Below, one piece after another: positions 11,801 to 19,366 of a DNA stretch of 64,000 bases (within the stretch, counting starts at the first letter, position 1; each line of letters opens with the position of its first letter). Both the position numbers and the translations under genes were made by a program. Below the pieces are notes generated by a model. The model did no database searches. It worked only from the letters and a program-made list of their open reading frames with translations, and was not told the origin of the DNA. Origin of the DNA: Candidatus Parvarchaeota archaeon (GTDB lineage: Archaea > Nanobdellota > Nanobdellia > JAFCGN01). The stretch lies in NCBI GenBank assembly GCA_017608045.1, contig JAFCGN010000001.1:12241-76240 (forward strand), written 5' to 3'.

Positions 11801-12178
11801 GAAAATCCTTTAGAAGGAGGGCTTGAAATAATTGCAAGACCTGCAGGAAAAAAAATGTCCTCTCTCTCACTTTTGAGTGGTGGAGAAAAAACACTTGTAA
11901 CTATTGCATTCTTATTCGCAATTCAAGACTATAAATTAGCTCCATTCTATGTTGTTGATGAAATTGATGCTGCTCTTGACAAAACAAATAGTGAAAAACT
12001 CGCTATGCGCATAAGAGAATATTCAAAAAAAACACAGTTTATTGTAATATCCCATAATGATGAAATAATTATGATGACTGACAAACTTTATGGAGTGAGT
12101 TGCAATGACAAAAAAATAAGCCAGATTGTAAGCATTAAATTAGATGATATTGGAAAATATAAAGAAGATAATAATTAA
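8825..12178 (+). CDS. smc: chromosome segregation protein SMC
   Basis: Walker A VIVGPNGSGKSN near the N-terminus, long coiled coils, hinge region (GTFAELITVPGEYAYAFKELAG...), C-terminal signature LSGGEKTLVTIAFLFAIQ plus Walker B YVVDEIDAALD. Track start 8744 is an in-frame extension through the repeat island; ATG 8825 (MTWIKKIEMQGFKSF) is the plausible start. Confidence 0.9.
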   Translation: MTWIKKIEMQGFKSFANKTVISFDRNLSVIVGPNGSGKSNIVDALFFVLGKTSKKDMRARKLGELVFNGGKGGKPSSEARVDLILDNEDGSIAGFNDKEVRISRRVDKKGNSDYRLNGKRVTKAEIDSFLRNINIDPEGFNIIKQGEIARFVEMHPEERADIIKEIAGISVFENKKEKALKELQKVQDKVKELNIVLKEKEKQLQSLLEDKKTAEKYLKLKNKVIYSEALVLNKKLEISKKKFDEINSNINKLNNEIDRLNSEINKLNETEKEKESEIKELSKKIENEGEKESKKIENEIKELRINIESKEDLIRAYKEQLERLKEKKENTKKERIENEKKQKELKKIISIKKEKLKTLKEVIEKKEEFLEENKSGEHFFVLQRESLSIEEEIVKLENKLEKAIENKKLLKKKSLLEKEFLLYDKKLKLINKKSSQQRELKKEILKKQEEVEKYLNYLITEKTKIEERIKIKQAFREEGIKEILKLKKNPGIGHKIYGTFAELITVPGEYAYAFKELAGENLKTIVVEDKKTALICVDYLLKNRFGKVRFLPLKELTEIKIHERNNKINGEKAINLIKYDKKFEKAIKWLFGNSLIVDDINKIPLNEIAVDKKGVVVKNNLIIGGSETSRTGFKEEDNEKKLLELNKNLEDYKSYKIKLKNEENKITGIINSILNEQSEIKNNLNLIKTQLKEIEKKIDVDFPKEEDIRKKLNKLKEDKKKIELILSSTKKTISEDEIKELERELKTLKNKYQEMVLDIKTKEAELTQVLMSENKRIINILNQLDKQEKGFKIDIKQMEEYVKDSKKLLKEKIEYEKKFFSNIKKLDKRRKKLKQELEKIRISLMKTKGMIERKEEIINELKIKKSEVIGEIAGLKERLKEFSHIEIKNTRKTLKELCEEEARLRREIANYGAVNMKALDTYMHVKSDFEVLKEKSEELEKEKEEVLNLISQIEGKKKFVFLNTLKDVNKKFNESFSYLSPEGEARLTLETPENPLEGGLEIIARPAGKKMSSLSLLSGGEKTLVTIAFLFAIQDYKLAPFYVVDEIDAALDKTNSEKLAMRIREYSKKTQFIVISHNDEIIMMTDKLYGVSCNDKKISQIVSIKLDDIGKYKEDNN

Positions 12179-12228
12179 AAAAAAACAAACTTTATAATAA
12201 ACAAAAAATTCCTTATTTTTTACAATAA

Positions 12229-12301
12229 GGGCTCGTGGTCTAGTGGTTATGACATCGCGTTTACACCGCGGGGGTCGCAGGTTCAAATCCTGCCGAGCCC
12301 A
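12229..12301 (+). tRNA. tRNA-Val (anticodon TAC)
   Basis: Cloverleaf read by hand: acceptor GGGCTCG/CGAGCCC, anticodon stem TCGCG/CGCGG with loop TTTACAC, T arm GCAGG-TTCAAAT-CCTGC, discriminator A, no encoded CCA. Confidence 0.85.
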
Positions 12302-12321
12302 CTAATCATTCTTAATAAATT

Positions 12322-12330
12322 AAAAAAAAA
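12322..12330 (-). terminator. oligo-T tract (T9 on minus strand) just 3' of the SRP RNA
   Basis: Archaeal RNA polymerase terminates at oligo-T; the run directly follows the predicted 3' end of the 7S RNA. Confidence 0.4.
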
Positions 12331-12335
12331 TAGAA

Positions 12336-12600
12336 AGTGTAAGCAGGCTTGGAGTGGACCAACATCCCAAAACAAGAGGTTTTTATTCATTGCTCCACCT
12401 CGCTAACCCATCAGCATTGCAGAAACTGCTTAGTGCTGCTCCGTTCCCGGCCTGACACGATTCACAACTTCTGCAACCAGATAGGACGAGGCTTCGACGC
12501 GCCGAACAAAAACATTGCTTTGTTCAATTGGCCGCCTCCAAGCTTTCGAGGCTGGCATATAGACGGTTTCCAGCAGTAGGGGACGCCTAACCCCCCCTCT
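12336..12600 (-). ncRNA. ffs: signal recognition particle RNA (7S / SRP RNA)
   Basis: GC-rich block in an AT-rich genome. The minus-strand sequence has the universal helix-8 motif GUCAGGCCGGGAACGGAGCAGC and the opposing GCUGAUGGG asymmetric-loop strand (human: CAGGUCGGAAACGGAGCAGG / GUGCUGAUCAGU). The 5' end GGGGGGUUAGGCGUCCCCUACUGCUGGAAACCGUCUAUAUGCCAGCC is close to Pyrococcus-type archaeal SRP RNA 5' domains. The ends are approximate. Confidence 0.75.
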
Positions 12601-12658
12601 AGCTTACACAAAAAGAATAAGAAAAAAAGGTATTATTAAAGATTACTAATGCAATTAT

Positions 12659-13846
12659 TTATTCAAGTTCTTCTTTTAAAATCACTTTCACTCCTCTCGC
12701 GTACCTTGCTGTTTTCGAAGTTCCTACAAGATACTTCACATTATTATAACTTGCTTTTTTTACTAACTCCTCTGTGATTTCACCATCTAAAAGCACTGCA
12801 AATGCATTTTCAACATCTGGTATTGTGTCTAAAAGTGAGTCAAGTGGTATTTTGCCAAGAATGTTTAAATCCTTGTCTAAAAGATATGCTCCTTTTGTCC
12901 CAATTAATTCATCCATCATTTTCAAAAATTCGCTTTTCAATGTTTTAGGAATCCTTAAACTCTTTGTTGTTGGTTTTCTTGCATATCTTTTCTTATATGT
13001 TGTTCTTTTAATTGAGGATTTTTTTGTTTTCAAAAAATCGTTTAAAGGGATTCTTGATCTTAATGCTTTTAATAATTCTTTTCCTGTTAATTCCTCAATC
13101 TCTTTTCCTTCTGGTGCTTTCGCAACAAAATCCAACGCTATCAATTCTTTTAAAGCTTTAACAATTAAATCCCCGCCTCTATCTCCATCTACAAGAACAG
13201 TTACGCTTTTTCCCTTGCAAAGATTTTGAATTGATTTAGGTATGCTTGTGCCATTTACTTCTAAACAATTTGTTATTCCGTGTTTCAATAAATTCAAAAC
13301 ATCTGCTCTTCCTTCAACAAGAATCACTTCATCGCTTGAAAGAAAATCAGGACCCGCAGAAATTCTGTCTGGACCTAATTCAACTATCTCGCTTTTTCTA
13401 ACATAACTTCTTACCTTTTCTGTTATTTCTTGCGCTTCCGGTGTTTTTGCTTCAAGTGTTTTAAGAAGATCTCTTGCTCTTTTCATAAGAAACTCTCTTT
13501 TATTTATTCTCACATCTTCTATGTTTGTTACTTGTATTTTTGAATCACAAGGACCAATTCTTTGAATTGTTTCTATAGCTGCACCAACAACAGCAGTCTC
13601 TGTTTTATCAAGACTACTTGGAATAATTATTGTACCGCTTGTTTTTCCTTCTTCTGTTATAAGTTCTACATCAATTCTTCCGATTTTTCCTGATTTTTGT
13701 AATTCTCTTAGTTCTAAATCAGAACCAAGAAGCCCTTCTGTTTGGCCAAAAATGGCTCCAATAACATCTGGTTTTTCCACAACACCTTCAACTTCAATTT
13801 TTGCATTAATTATATACTTTGCTGAAATAGGAGCAATTTTACCCAT
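12659..13846 (-). CDS. dnaG: archaeal DnaG-type primase (TOPRIM)
   Basis: 395 aa; N-terminus MGKIAPISAKYIINAKIEVEGVVEKPDVIGAIFGQTEGLLG typical of archaeal DnaG; TOPRIM motifs ILVEGRADVLNL and TVLVDGDRGGDLI. Confidence 0.8.
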   Translation of the reverse strand: MGKIAPISAKYIINAKIEVEGVVEKPDVIGAIFGQTEGLLGSDLELRELQKSGKIGRIDVELITEEGKTSGTIIIPSSLDKTETAVVGAAIETIQRIGPCDSKIQVTNIEDVRINKREFLMKRARDLLKTLEAKTPEAQEITEKVRSYVRKSEIVELGPDRISAGPDFLSSDEVILVEGRADVLNLLKHGITNCLEVNGTSIPKSIQNLCKGKSVTVLVDGDRGGDLIVKALKELIALDFVAKAPEGKEIEELTGKELLKALRSRIPLNDFLKTKKSSIKRTTYKKRYARKPTTKSLRIPKTLKSEFLKMMDELIGTKGAYLLDKDLNILGKIPLDSLLDTIPDVENAFAVLLDGEITEELVKKASYNNVKYLVGTSKTARYARGVKVILKEELE

Positions 13847-14009
13847 AAAACCTTACCTCCATTTTTTAAAAAACAACTGATAAATTATTCTTGTTTTTTT
13901 TTTCTTTACAAAACTCCATTCTCAATGAGTTCATTAATTATCATGATTTAGTGATTTAGTGATTTGTGATAATTTTGACTTATCAATTGTTTTTTAAATG
14001 TAATAAATG

Positions 14010-14083
14010 TGCCCCTAAACACTAACTCCTGAATTCATAGTAGTTTTTCAACAGTCTCCATCAGGTACCTTCATGTAGGGGCA
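14010..14083. other. GC-rich hairpin in the dnaG/glycosyltransferase divergent intergenic region
   Basis: 8-bp perfect stem TGCCCCTA (14010-14017) / TAGGGGCA (14076-14083) with nested CCTGA/TCAGG helix; possible small RNA or protein-binding site. Confidence 0.25.
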
Positions 14084-14147
14084 TAGCCTTGCCAAAGATA
14101 ATTAGAATTTTATTCATTTAAAAACGTTTTTATTTAATTGTTTTTAA

Positions 14148-14792
14148 ATGAAAGGTATGAAAAAAACAAACAAGAATGTTAGAATAATAATGCCTGCAAA
14201 AAATGAAGAAAAGAACTTAAGAATACTTCTCCCAAAACTTAAAGATTTTAAAGTAACTATTGTTGATGATAATTCTTCAGATAATACATCTAAAATAGCA
14301 AAAAAATATAATGCAAGTATAATTAGAAATGAACAAAGCATGGGTCCTTCATTATCAATTGAAAAAGCGTTAAAAACTACAAAAGAAAGCATAATAATTT
14401 TAATGGATTCTGACAATGAACACAATCCAGAAGATATCCCAAAATTTCTAAAATCTTTGAAAAAAAATGATGCGGTTTTTGGAAGAAGAGAAATAATTCC
14501 AAGAATATCTGAAAAAATGCTTTCAAAATTTTCTTCAAAAAAAGGCATACATGACTTGTTTTGTGGTTTTGTTTGCTTTAAAAAAGAAGTTTATGAAAGA
14601 ATAGGTTATTTTGAAAAAGAAAATACTTTTGGTGCTGAATTCAAATTAAATTGTGTTAAATATGATTTCAAAATTAGTGAAATAAAAATAAAATCAAGAA
14701 GAAGAAAAAATCCAAGAATAGGCAATAATTTGAAAGCAAATTTAAAAATTTTAAAAACAGGTTTTCGACTTTATAAGAAATTATTGTTTTAG
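14148..14792 (+). CDS. family-2 glycosyltransferase (dolichyl-phosphate sugar transferase-like)
   Basis: 214 aa; GT-A fold motifs IIMPAKNEEKNL, VTIVDDNSSDNT, ILMDSDNEHNP (DxD-like). Confidence 0.75.
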   Translation: MKGMKKTNKNVRIIMPAKNEEKNLRILLPKLKDFKVTIVDDNSSDNTSKIAKKYNASIIRNEQSMGPSLSIEKALKTTKESIIILMDSDNEHNPEDIPKFLKSLKKNDAVFGRREIIPRISEKMLSKFSSKKGIHDLFCGFVCFKKEVYERIGYFEKENTFGAEFKLNCVKYDFKISEIKIKSRRRKNPRIGNNLKANLKILKTGFRLYKKLLF

Positions 14793-14793
14793 A

Positions 14794-15297
14794 TTATAAA
14801 AATCTTGAAAGATTGAAATGTGATTTAATTTCGTTTTGGATGGAATACATTTCATTATAAATTTGTTTTTTCCAATTTTCAAATGTGCTTTTGTAAATAT
14901 AAACATCGTAAATTCCTTTAAGAAATTTAAGAATAGGTGATGTCTCCCACCTATTTTCATAATCTGTTTTAAGAATAGCTTTAAAAGAGATTTCTATATC
15001 TCCTTTATTCATGCTTACTTCTACTCCTTCTCTTTTTACCTTAACTTTTTCTAAACCAACAATAAAATACCCTATTTTAATTATAAACATCGTGTAATCA
15101 TCAACCTTTTTTTGAGCAACCCAATTAATTTCTATTTGCTTTCCTGCACTTGTAATTTTTTCTTTATATTTTTCTTCCTCAACAGTATAATTTTCCGCTG
15201 TTAATAAATCATAAAGAAGTTTGTAAACCTCTCCTAAGTCAAAAACACCAATATATCTTACTTTGCTTGTCCCAGCAACAGTAAACTCTTCAGACAT
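14794..15297 (-). CDS. hypothetical protein
   Basis: 167-aa ORF convergent with the glycosyltransferase gene; no motif recognised. Confidence 0.45.
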   Translation of the reverse strand: MSEEFTVAGTSKVRYIGVFDLGEVYKLLYDLLTAENYTVEEEKYKEKITSAGKQIEINWVAQKKVDDYTMFIIKIGYFIVGLEKVKVKREGVEVSMNKGDIEISFKAILKTDYENRWETSPILKFLKGIYDVYIYKSTFENWKKQIYNEMYSIQNEIKSHFNLSRFL

Positions 15298-15349
15298 AAA
15301 TTAAAGTAAAACGAGTTTAGAATAAAAAGATTATGATATTTAGAAAAAA

Positions 15350-17248
15350 TTATCTTATTCTTAAAGCATCAAGATTTCTTGGCGCACTTGTTTCAACCCT
15401 CATTATTTTATGAAGAGTTGAAGCCATATCAAGGCATTTAGAACTCTCGCCATGATTAATTATGATTCTTTTCGGTCTTGGATTTAAAGATTTAACAAAT
15501 TCTATTAACTCGTTTCTGTCAGCATGCCCTGTTAATGCATGTATTGTATGATGCTCAAGTTTTATTGGAACTAATATTTTCTTACCATTATGTTCAAGAT
15601 AAATTTCTTTAGCCCCGTTTTGTATTTCCCTTCCTGGACTGCCTTGGCCTTGATATGCAACAAATATTAAAGCATTTTTTGGATTATCACTTAACGCTTT
15701 TAAGTATTCAACAGATGGACCTCCCACAAGCATTCCACTTGTAGCAAGAATCACGCAAGGCCCTGTTTCTTCAATGATTAAGTTTCTTTCCTTATTTGAA
15801 CCAACCCTTTTAAAAACAGGATTCAAAAAAGGATTATGGTCTTGTTGGAAAATAAGATTCCTCACTTTCTTATTAAAGAATTCAGGATAAGTAGTTGTTA
15901 TTGCAGTTATATCCCATACCATGCCATCAATAAATATTGGAATCTCAGGTAATAATTTTTTTCTTACTGCTTCTTCAAGAATTAACATTACTTCTTGTGC
16001 TCTTCCAACTCCTAAAACAGGAATTAAAACTTTTCCCCCCCTATTAATTGTTTTAGAAACATAATTTATTAAATCAAGTTCTGCTTCTCTGCGCGGTTTT
16101 AATACGTCTTCTTTTGAACCATAAGTGCTTTCTATCATCACGGTTTCTAATCTTGAAAACTTGTTATCTGCTTTGTTTAAAAGTTTGCTATCAAGGAATT
16201 TAAAATCACCTGTTACAAGAAAATTATGAAAGCCATCTCCAATATTTAAATGAACCATTGAACTTCCTAAAATATGACCTGAATTATGAAAAGTTATTCT
16301 TATATCCGGAGTAATGTCATTCACTTCCTCATAACCAAAACAAACTACATGTTTTACCATTTCCTTAATATCCCTTGAATCATAAAGCACTTTTTTTGCT
16401 TCTTTTTGAGCAATATCAACATAATCAAGTTCTAAAAGAGTCATTATATCTCTTGTTGGTTCTGTGCAATAAACAGGGCCTCTATAACCATATTTAAATA
16501 AATAAGGCAAAAAACCGTGATGATCTAAATGTGCGTGCGTGATTATAACAGCATCTAAATCTTTAAGATTAAATTCAGGTGCTTCTAAGTGTGGAAAAGC
16601 GTTTTTATCATTAGCAACATTAACACCGCAATCAATTAATACTCTGCTTATAGGTGTTTGAAGAAGCAAACAAGAACGTCCTACTTCTCTAAAACCGCCT
16701 AATGCTGAAATCCTCACCCAATACTTCTCTCCTCTCTTCCAATCAACATAAATTTTTTGTCCTAACTCATTTAAAAATTTTCTTCTATAATCAGAATTCT
16801 GATAATAAGTTAATCTTATTGTCTTAATTATATCTGAAGGAATAATCGGCGCTCTCCTTACTTTTGGAATCCAAATAGTATTATTTCTTATTCTTTCAAG
16901 AAGCTTGCCATTTTTTCCAATAATAATGCCAGGTTTCTCTGCTTCTATTATTACAATGCTTCTTTTTTCATCAAACCATAAATCCTTAATTCCCGCTTCT
17001 TTTGGAACCATGCTTAATATTTCTTTTTTAGTGGATTCAGGATCCCTTAATAATAAATTATCAGGTCTAACTTCAACTCTTTTTTTTATAGTTTCCACTA
17101 CTTTTTTTATTGAAGTTTTGTGATTAAACAAAAACAATTTATTTTTTGTATAAAGGACAATATTTGCACCTTCAAAAGCATAATCAGTAATCATGGCATC
17201 TGAAGGCAATAAGTCCTTTATATTTTCTATTAATTTTTTTGCTTCCAT
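15350..17248 (-). CDS. archaeal CPSF1 homolog (aCPSF1 / FttA), KH + beta-CASP ribonuclease
   Basis: 632 aa; N-terminal KH domains, metallo-beta-lactamase HAHLDHHG motif, beta-CASP region; size and layout typical of aCPSF1. Confidence 0.85.
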   Translation of the reverse strand: MEAKKLIENIKDLLPSDAMITDYAFEGANIVLYTKNKLFLFNHKTSIKKVVETIKKRVEVRPDNLLLRDPESTKKEILSMVPKEAGIKDLWFDEKRSIVIIEAEKPGIIIGKNGKLLERIRNNTIWIPKVRRAPIIPSDIIKTIRLTYYQNSDYRRKFLNELGQKIYVDWKRGEKYWVRISALGGFREVGRSCLLLQTPISRVLIDCGVNVANDKNAFPHLEAPEFNLKDLDAVIITHAHLDHHGFLPYLFKYGYRGPVYCTEPTRDIMTLLELDYVDIAQKEAKKVLYDSRDIKEMVKHVVCFGYEEVNDITPDIRITFHNSGHILGSSMVHLNIGDGFHNFLVTGDFKFLDSKLLNKADNKFSRLETVMIESTYGSKEDVLKPRREAELDLINYVSKTINRGGKVLIPVLGVGRAQEVMLILEEAVRKKLLPEIPIFIDGMVWDITAITTTYPEFFNKKVRNLIFQQDHNPFLNPVFKRVGSNKERNLIIEETGPCVILATSGMLVGGPSVEYLKALSDNPKNALIFVAYQGQGSPGREIQNGAKEIYLEHNGKKILVPIKLEHHTIHALTGHADRNELIEFVKSLNPRPKRIIINHGESSKCLDMASTLHKIMRVETSAPRNLDALRIR

Positions 17249-17320
17249 TTAAAAAACCATTTTTTAAAATAAAAATTTGAAAATGATATTATTCTATCCA
17301 AGTGTGATAAATTAATTTAA

Positions 17321-17974
17321 TCATTTTTTTAAACTTTTCTCAATCTCTGTTTTTGAAAGTTTATTCACTCCTTTTTTGTCAATAACAAAAACAGTTATTC
17401 CTTCTCCTGTATAAAGATCTCTTCTAATTGCAGCATTTATAGCTTTTACTGCAATATGTATTGCTTCTTTTGTTGTAAGCATTTTATCTTTTAAGTATTC
17501 ATCAAGAATTCCATAAGCAAAAACACTTCCGCTTCCAGTTGAAATCCAATTATCTTCTATTAAAGAACCATCAGGTCCTAAACTAAACAAATGACCCTTG
17601 TTATCTTCATCATATCCTGCAAGCAACATTTGAACATAAAAAGGAAAATAACCTTTTCCTCCTGCAAGAATATTTGCAAGAAGAGTCGCACATGCTTTTG
17701 AAGAAGGTTTCTTCCCTCTTCTAATTGTCCATAATTCCATTTGAGAACGCAAGTATTTTATTATTAATTGATTATCCCCAACAGAACCTGCCATTGTAAT
17801 TGCAACATTATCTGTTATTTTCTCAATCTTTGTTATTTTATGCACATTCAAATTTCCCATACTAACTCTTTGGTCTGCAGCAAGTATAACTCCATCCTTG
17901 CATACAATACCAACTGTTGTTGTTCCTTTTTTTATCAAATCTTTCATTTTATTCTCTTCCAATTGCGCATTCAT
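17321..17974 (-). CDS. psmB: proteasome subunit beta
   Basis: Propeptide followed by active-site TTTVGIVCKDGVILAADQR; 217 aa. Confidence 0.85.
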   Translation of the reverse strand: MNAQLEENKMKDLIKKGTTTVGIVCKDGVILAADQRVSMGNLNVHKITKIEKITDNVAITMAGSVGDNQLIIKYLRSQMELWTIRRGKKPSSKACATLLANILAGGKGYFPFYVQMLLAGYDEDNKGHLFSLGPDGSLIEDNWISTGSGSVFAYGILDEYLKDKMLTTKEAIHIAVKAINAAIRRDLYTGEGITVFVIDKKGVNKLSKTEIEKSLKK

Positions 17975-18070
17975 TGTTTTGTCACCGAATAAAGAATTGG
18001 TTATTAACTAATCTTTCCAAAATAATCACTTATAAACTTTACTTAATATATTTTTCTTAATAAATTCATG

Positions 18071-18145
18071 TGGGTTCGCCCGGATTTGAACCGGGGTCGC
18101 GAGGTCCCAAACCTCGAATCCTAGACCAGGCTAGACGACGAACCC
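18071..18145 (-). tRNA. tRNA-Pro (anticodon TGG)
   Basis: Minus-strand read: acceptor GGGTTCG/CGAACCC, anticodon stem CGAGG/CCTCG with loop TTTGGGA, T arm CCCGG-TTCAAAT-CCGGG, discriminator A. The D-arm is slightly non-canonical by hand folding (self-complementary CTAG/CTAG). Confidence 0.7.
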
Positions 18146-18196
18146 ATTTTTAGGATTTATTCCTTTCATTAAATATTTTTCTATGTATTTTTAAAA

Positions 18197-18763
18197 CTAT
18201 CTTTCCAATACAATAGTCTCTGAAAAAGAACTTAAAGTTTCTTCAATTTTATTATTCAAATTCTTATCAATTTGCGTGCTAAAAGAAGAATAAACCCTAT
18301 TCTTAATCTTAGAAATTATATTATTAGGAAGTGAATTCCACAATTTCCTATCAATCCTTCCATATTTTTTTGTAAACCCTTTTGGAATAATTACAAAAAC
18401 TGTAAAAACATTTTTATTTTTTTCAAAAGTTTTCGCAAAAACTTCTTCAATATTCAATGTTTGTTCCTTTTTCATTAATTTTATTAATTCCTCATGCGCC
18501 TTTTTCACATTTTTTTCATCAACAACTTTTCCCTCAAACACTTCTTTCGCTTTATTCAATTGACCAAGAGCCTGTATAAGTGCTTGAAATAAAGGATTAT
18601 TAAAAAAATAATTTTTATATTTCTCAGGTCTAAAAGCAATAATCCCTGAAGACAAAACTCCAACAATAACATCTTGCGTCCATAAAGGCATAAACATATT
18701 TATTGAAAAATCCATAAACAAATAAAAACTATTTGGAAAAAATTTAAATAGTGTAATTACCAT
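18197..18763 (-). CDS. hypothetical protein (possible N-terminal TM segment)
   Basis: 188-aa ORF; no recognisable motif; true start may be an internal Met. Confidence 0.45.
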   Translation of the reverse strand: MVITLFKFFPNSFYLFMDFSINMFMPLWTQDVIVGVLSSGIIAFRPEKYKNYFFNNPLFQALIQALGQLNKAKEVFEGKVVDEKNVKKAHEELIKLMKKEQTLNIEEVFAKTFEKNKNVFTVFVIIPKGFTKKYGRIDRKLWNSLPNNIISKIKNRVYSSFSTQIDKNLNNKIEETLSSFSETIVLER

Positions 18764-18772
18764 TAAGTAGTT

Positions 18773-19366
18773 ATGAATTTAAAAATATTTTATCCTTATG
18801 AAGATGAGATATCTGTTTTTTTTAGACCTGACAAGAAAGTAGTAATTGATAATAGATTAATACCTTTTATTTTAGAGGAGTATATTAGAAAAACTAAACA
18901 AAATCTTGAAACATTTTTTATTTTGGAAGGAAGAAAGGAAAAGAATGAAATTGTTTTTGATTCTGTTTTTTCACAAAATTATTTTTTTAAAAAAATGGGT
19001 GAATTCATTAAAACAAGTTCGTCTTTTGTGGAAATCAAAAAAATTGAAGAAATCTTAAATAACAATAAATCTGACAATACTTTTCTTTACATTCACACTC
19101 ATTTGCCTGGATTAAGAATAAATACATATCTTTCCGAACCATTCTTGAATACAAACAAAAACTTGCTTTATGGCGTATTAGGAAAACCTTTTAGTAATTT
19201 TGAATGCATAATTTATAGAAAACCAGAAGTAAGCATTAACTCCTTAAATTATGTATTAACAATGCAAAGAATTCCTAAAAATGATAGAAAAATATTAATG
19301 AAAGTATTTGACATAATTTACCCGCAAGAATCAAAAAAAATAAAAAAATTAATTAACTTAGTTTAA
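18773..19366 (+). CDS. hypothetical protein, possibly a degenerate MPN/JAMM-like fold
   Basis: 197 aa; YIHTHLPGLRINTYLSEP resembles the JAMM HxHx7S segment but lacks the terminal Asp, so likely inactive or unrelated. Confidence 0.45.
   Translation: MNLKIFYPYEDEISVFFRPDKKVVIDNRLIPFILEEYIRKTKQNLETFFILEGRKEKNEIVFDSVFSQNYFFKKMGEFIKTSSSFVEIKKIEEILNNNKSDNTFLYIHTHLPGLRINTYLSEPFLNTNKNLLYGVLGKPFSNFECIIYRKPEVSINSLNYVLTMQRIPKNDRKILMKVFDIIYPQESKKIKKLINLV

Noticed and set aside
12349-12579. 76-aa plus-strand ORF from the track
   Set aside because: It lies entirely within the GC-rich SRP RNA gene encoded on the opposite strand. The amino-acid sequence is Cys/His/Arg-rich as expected from translating GC-rich structured RNA.
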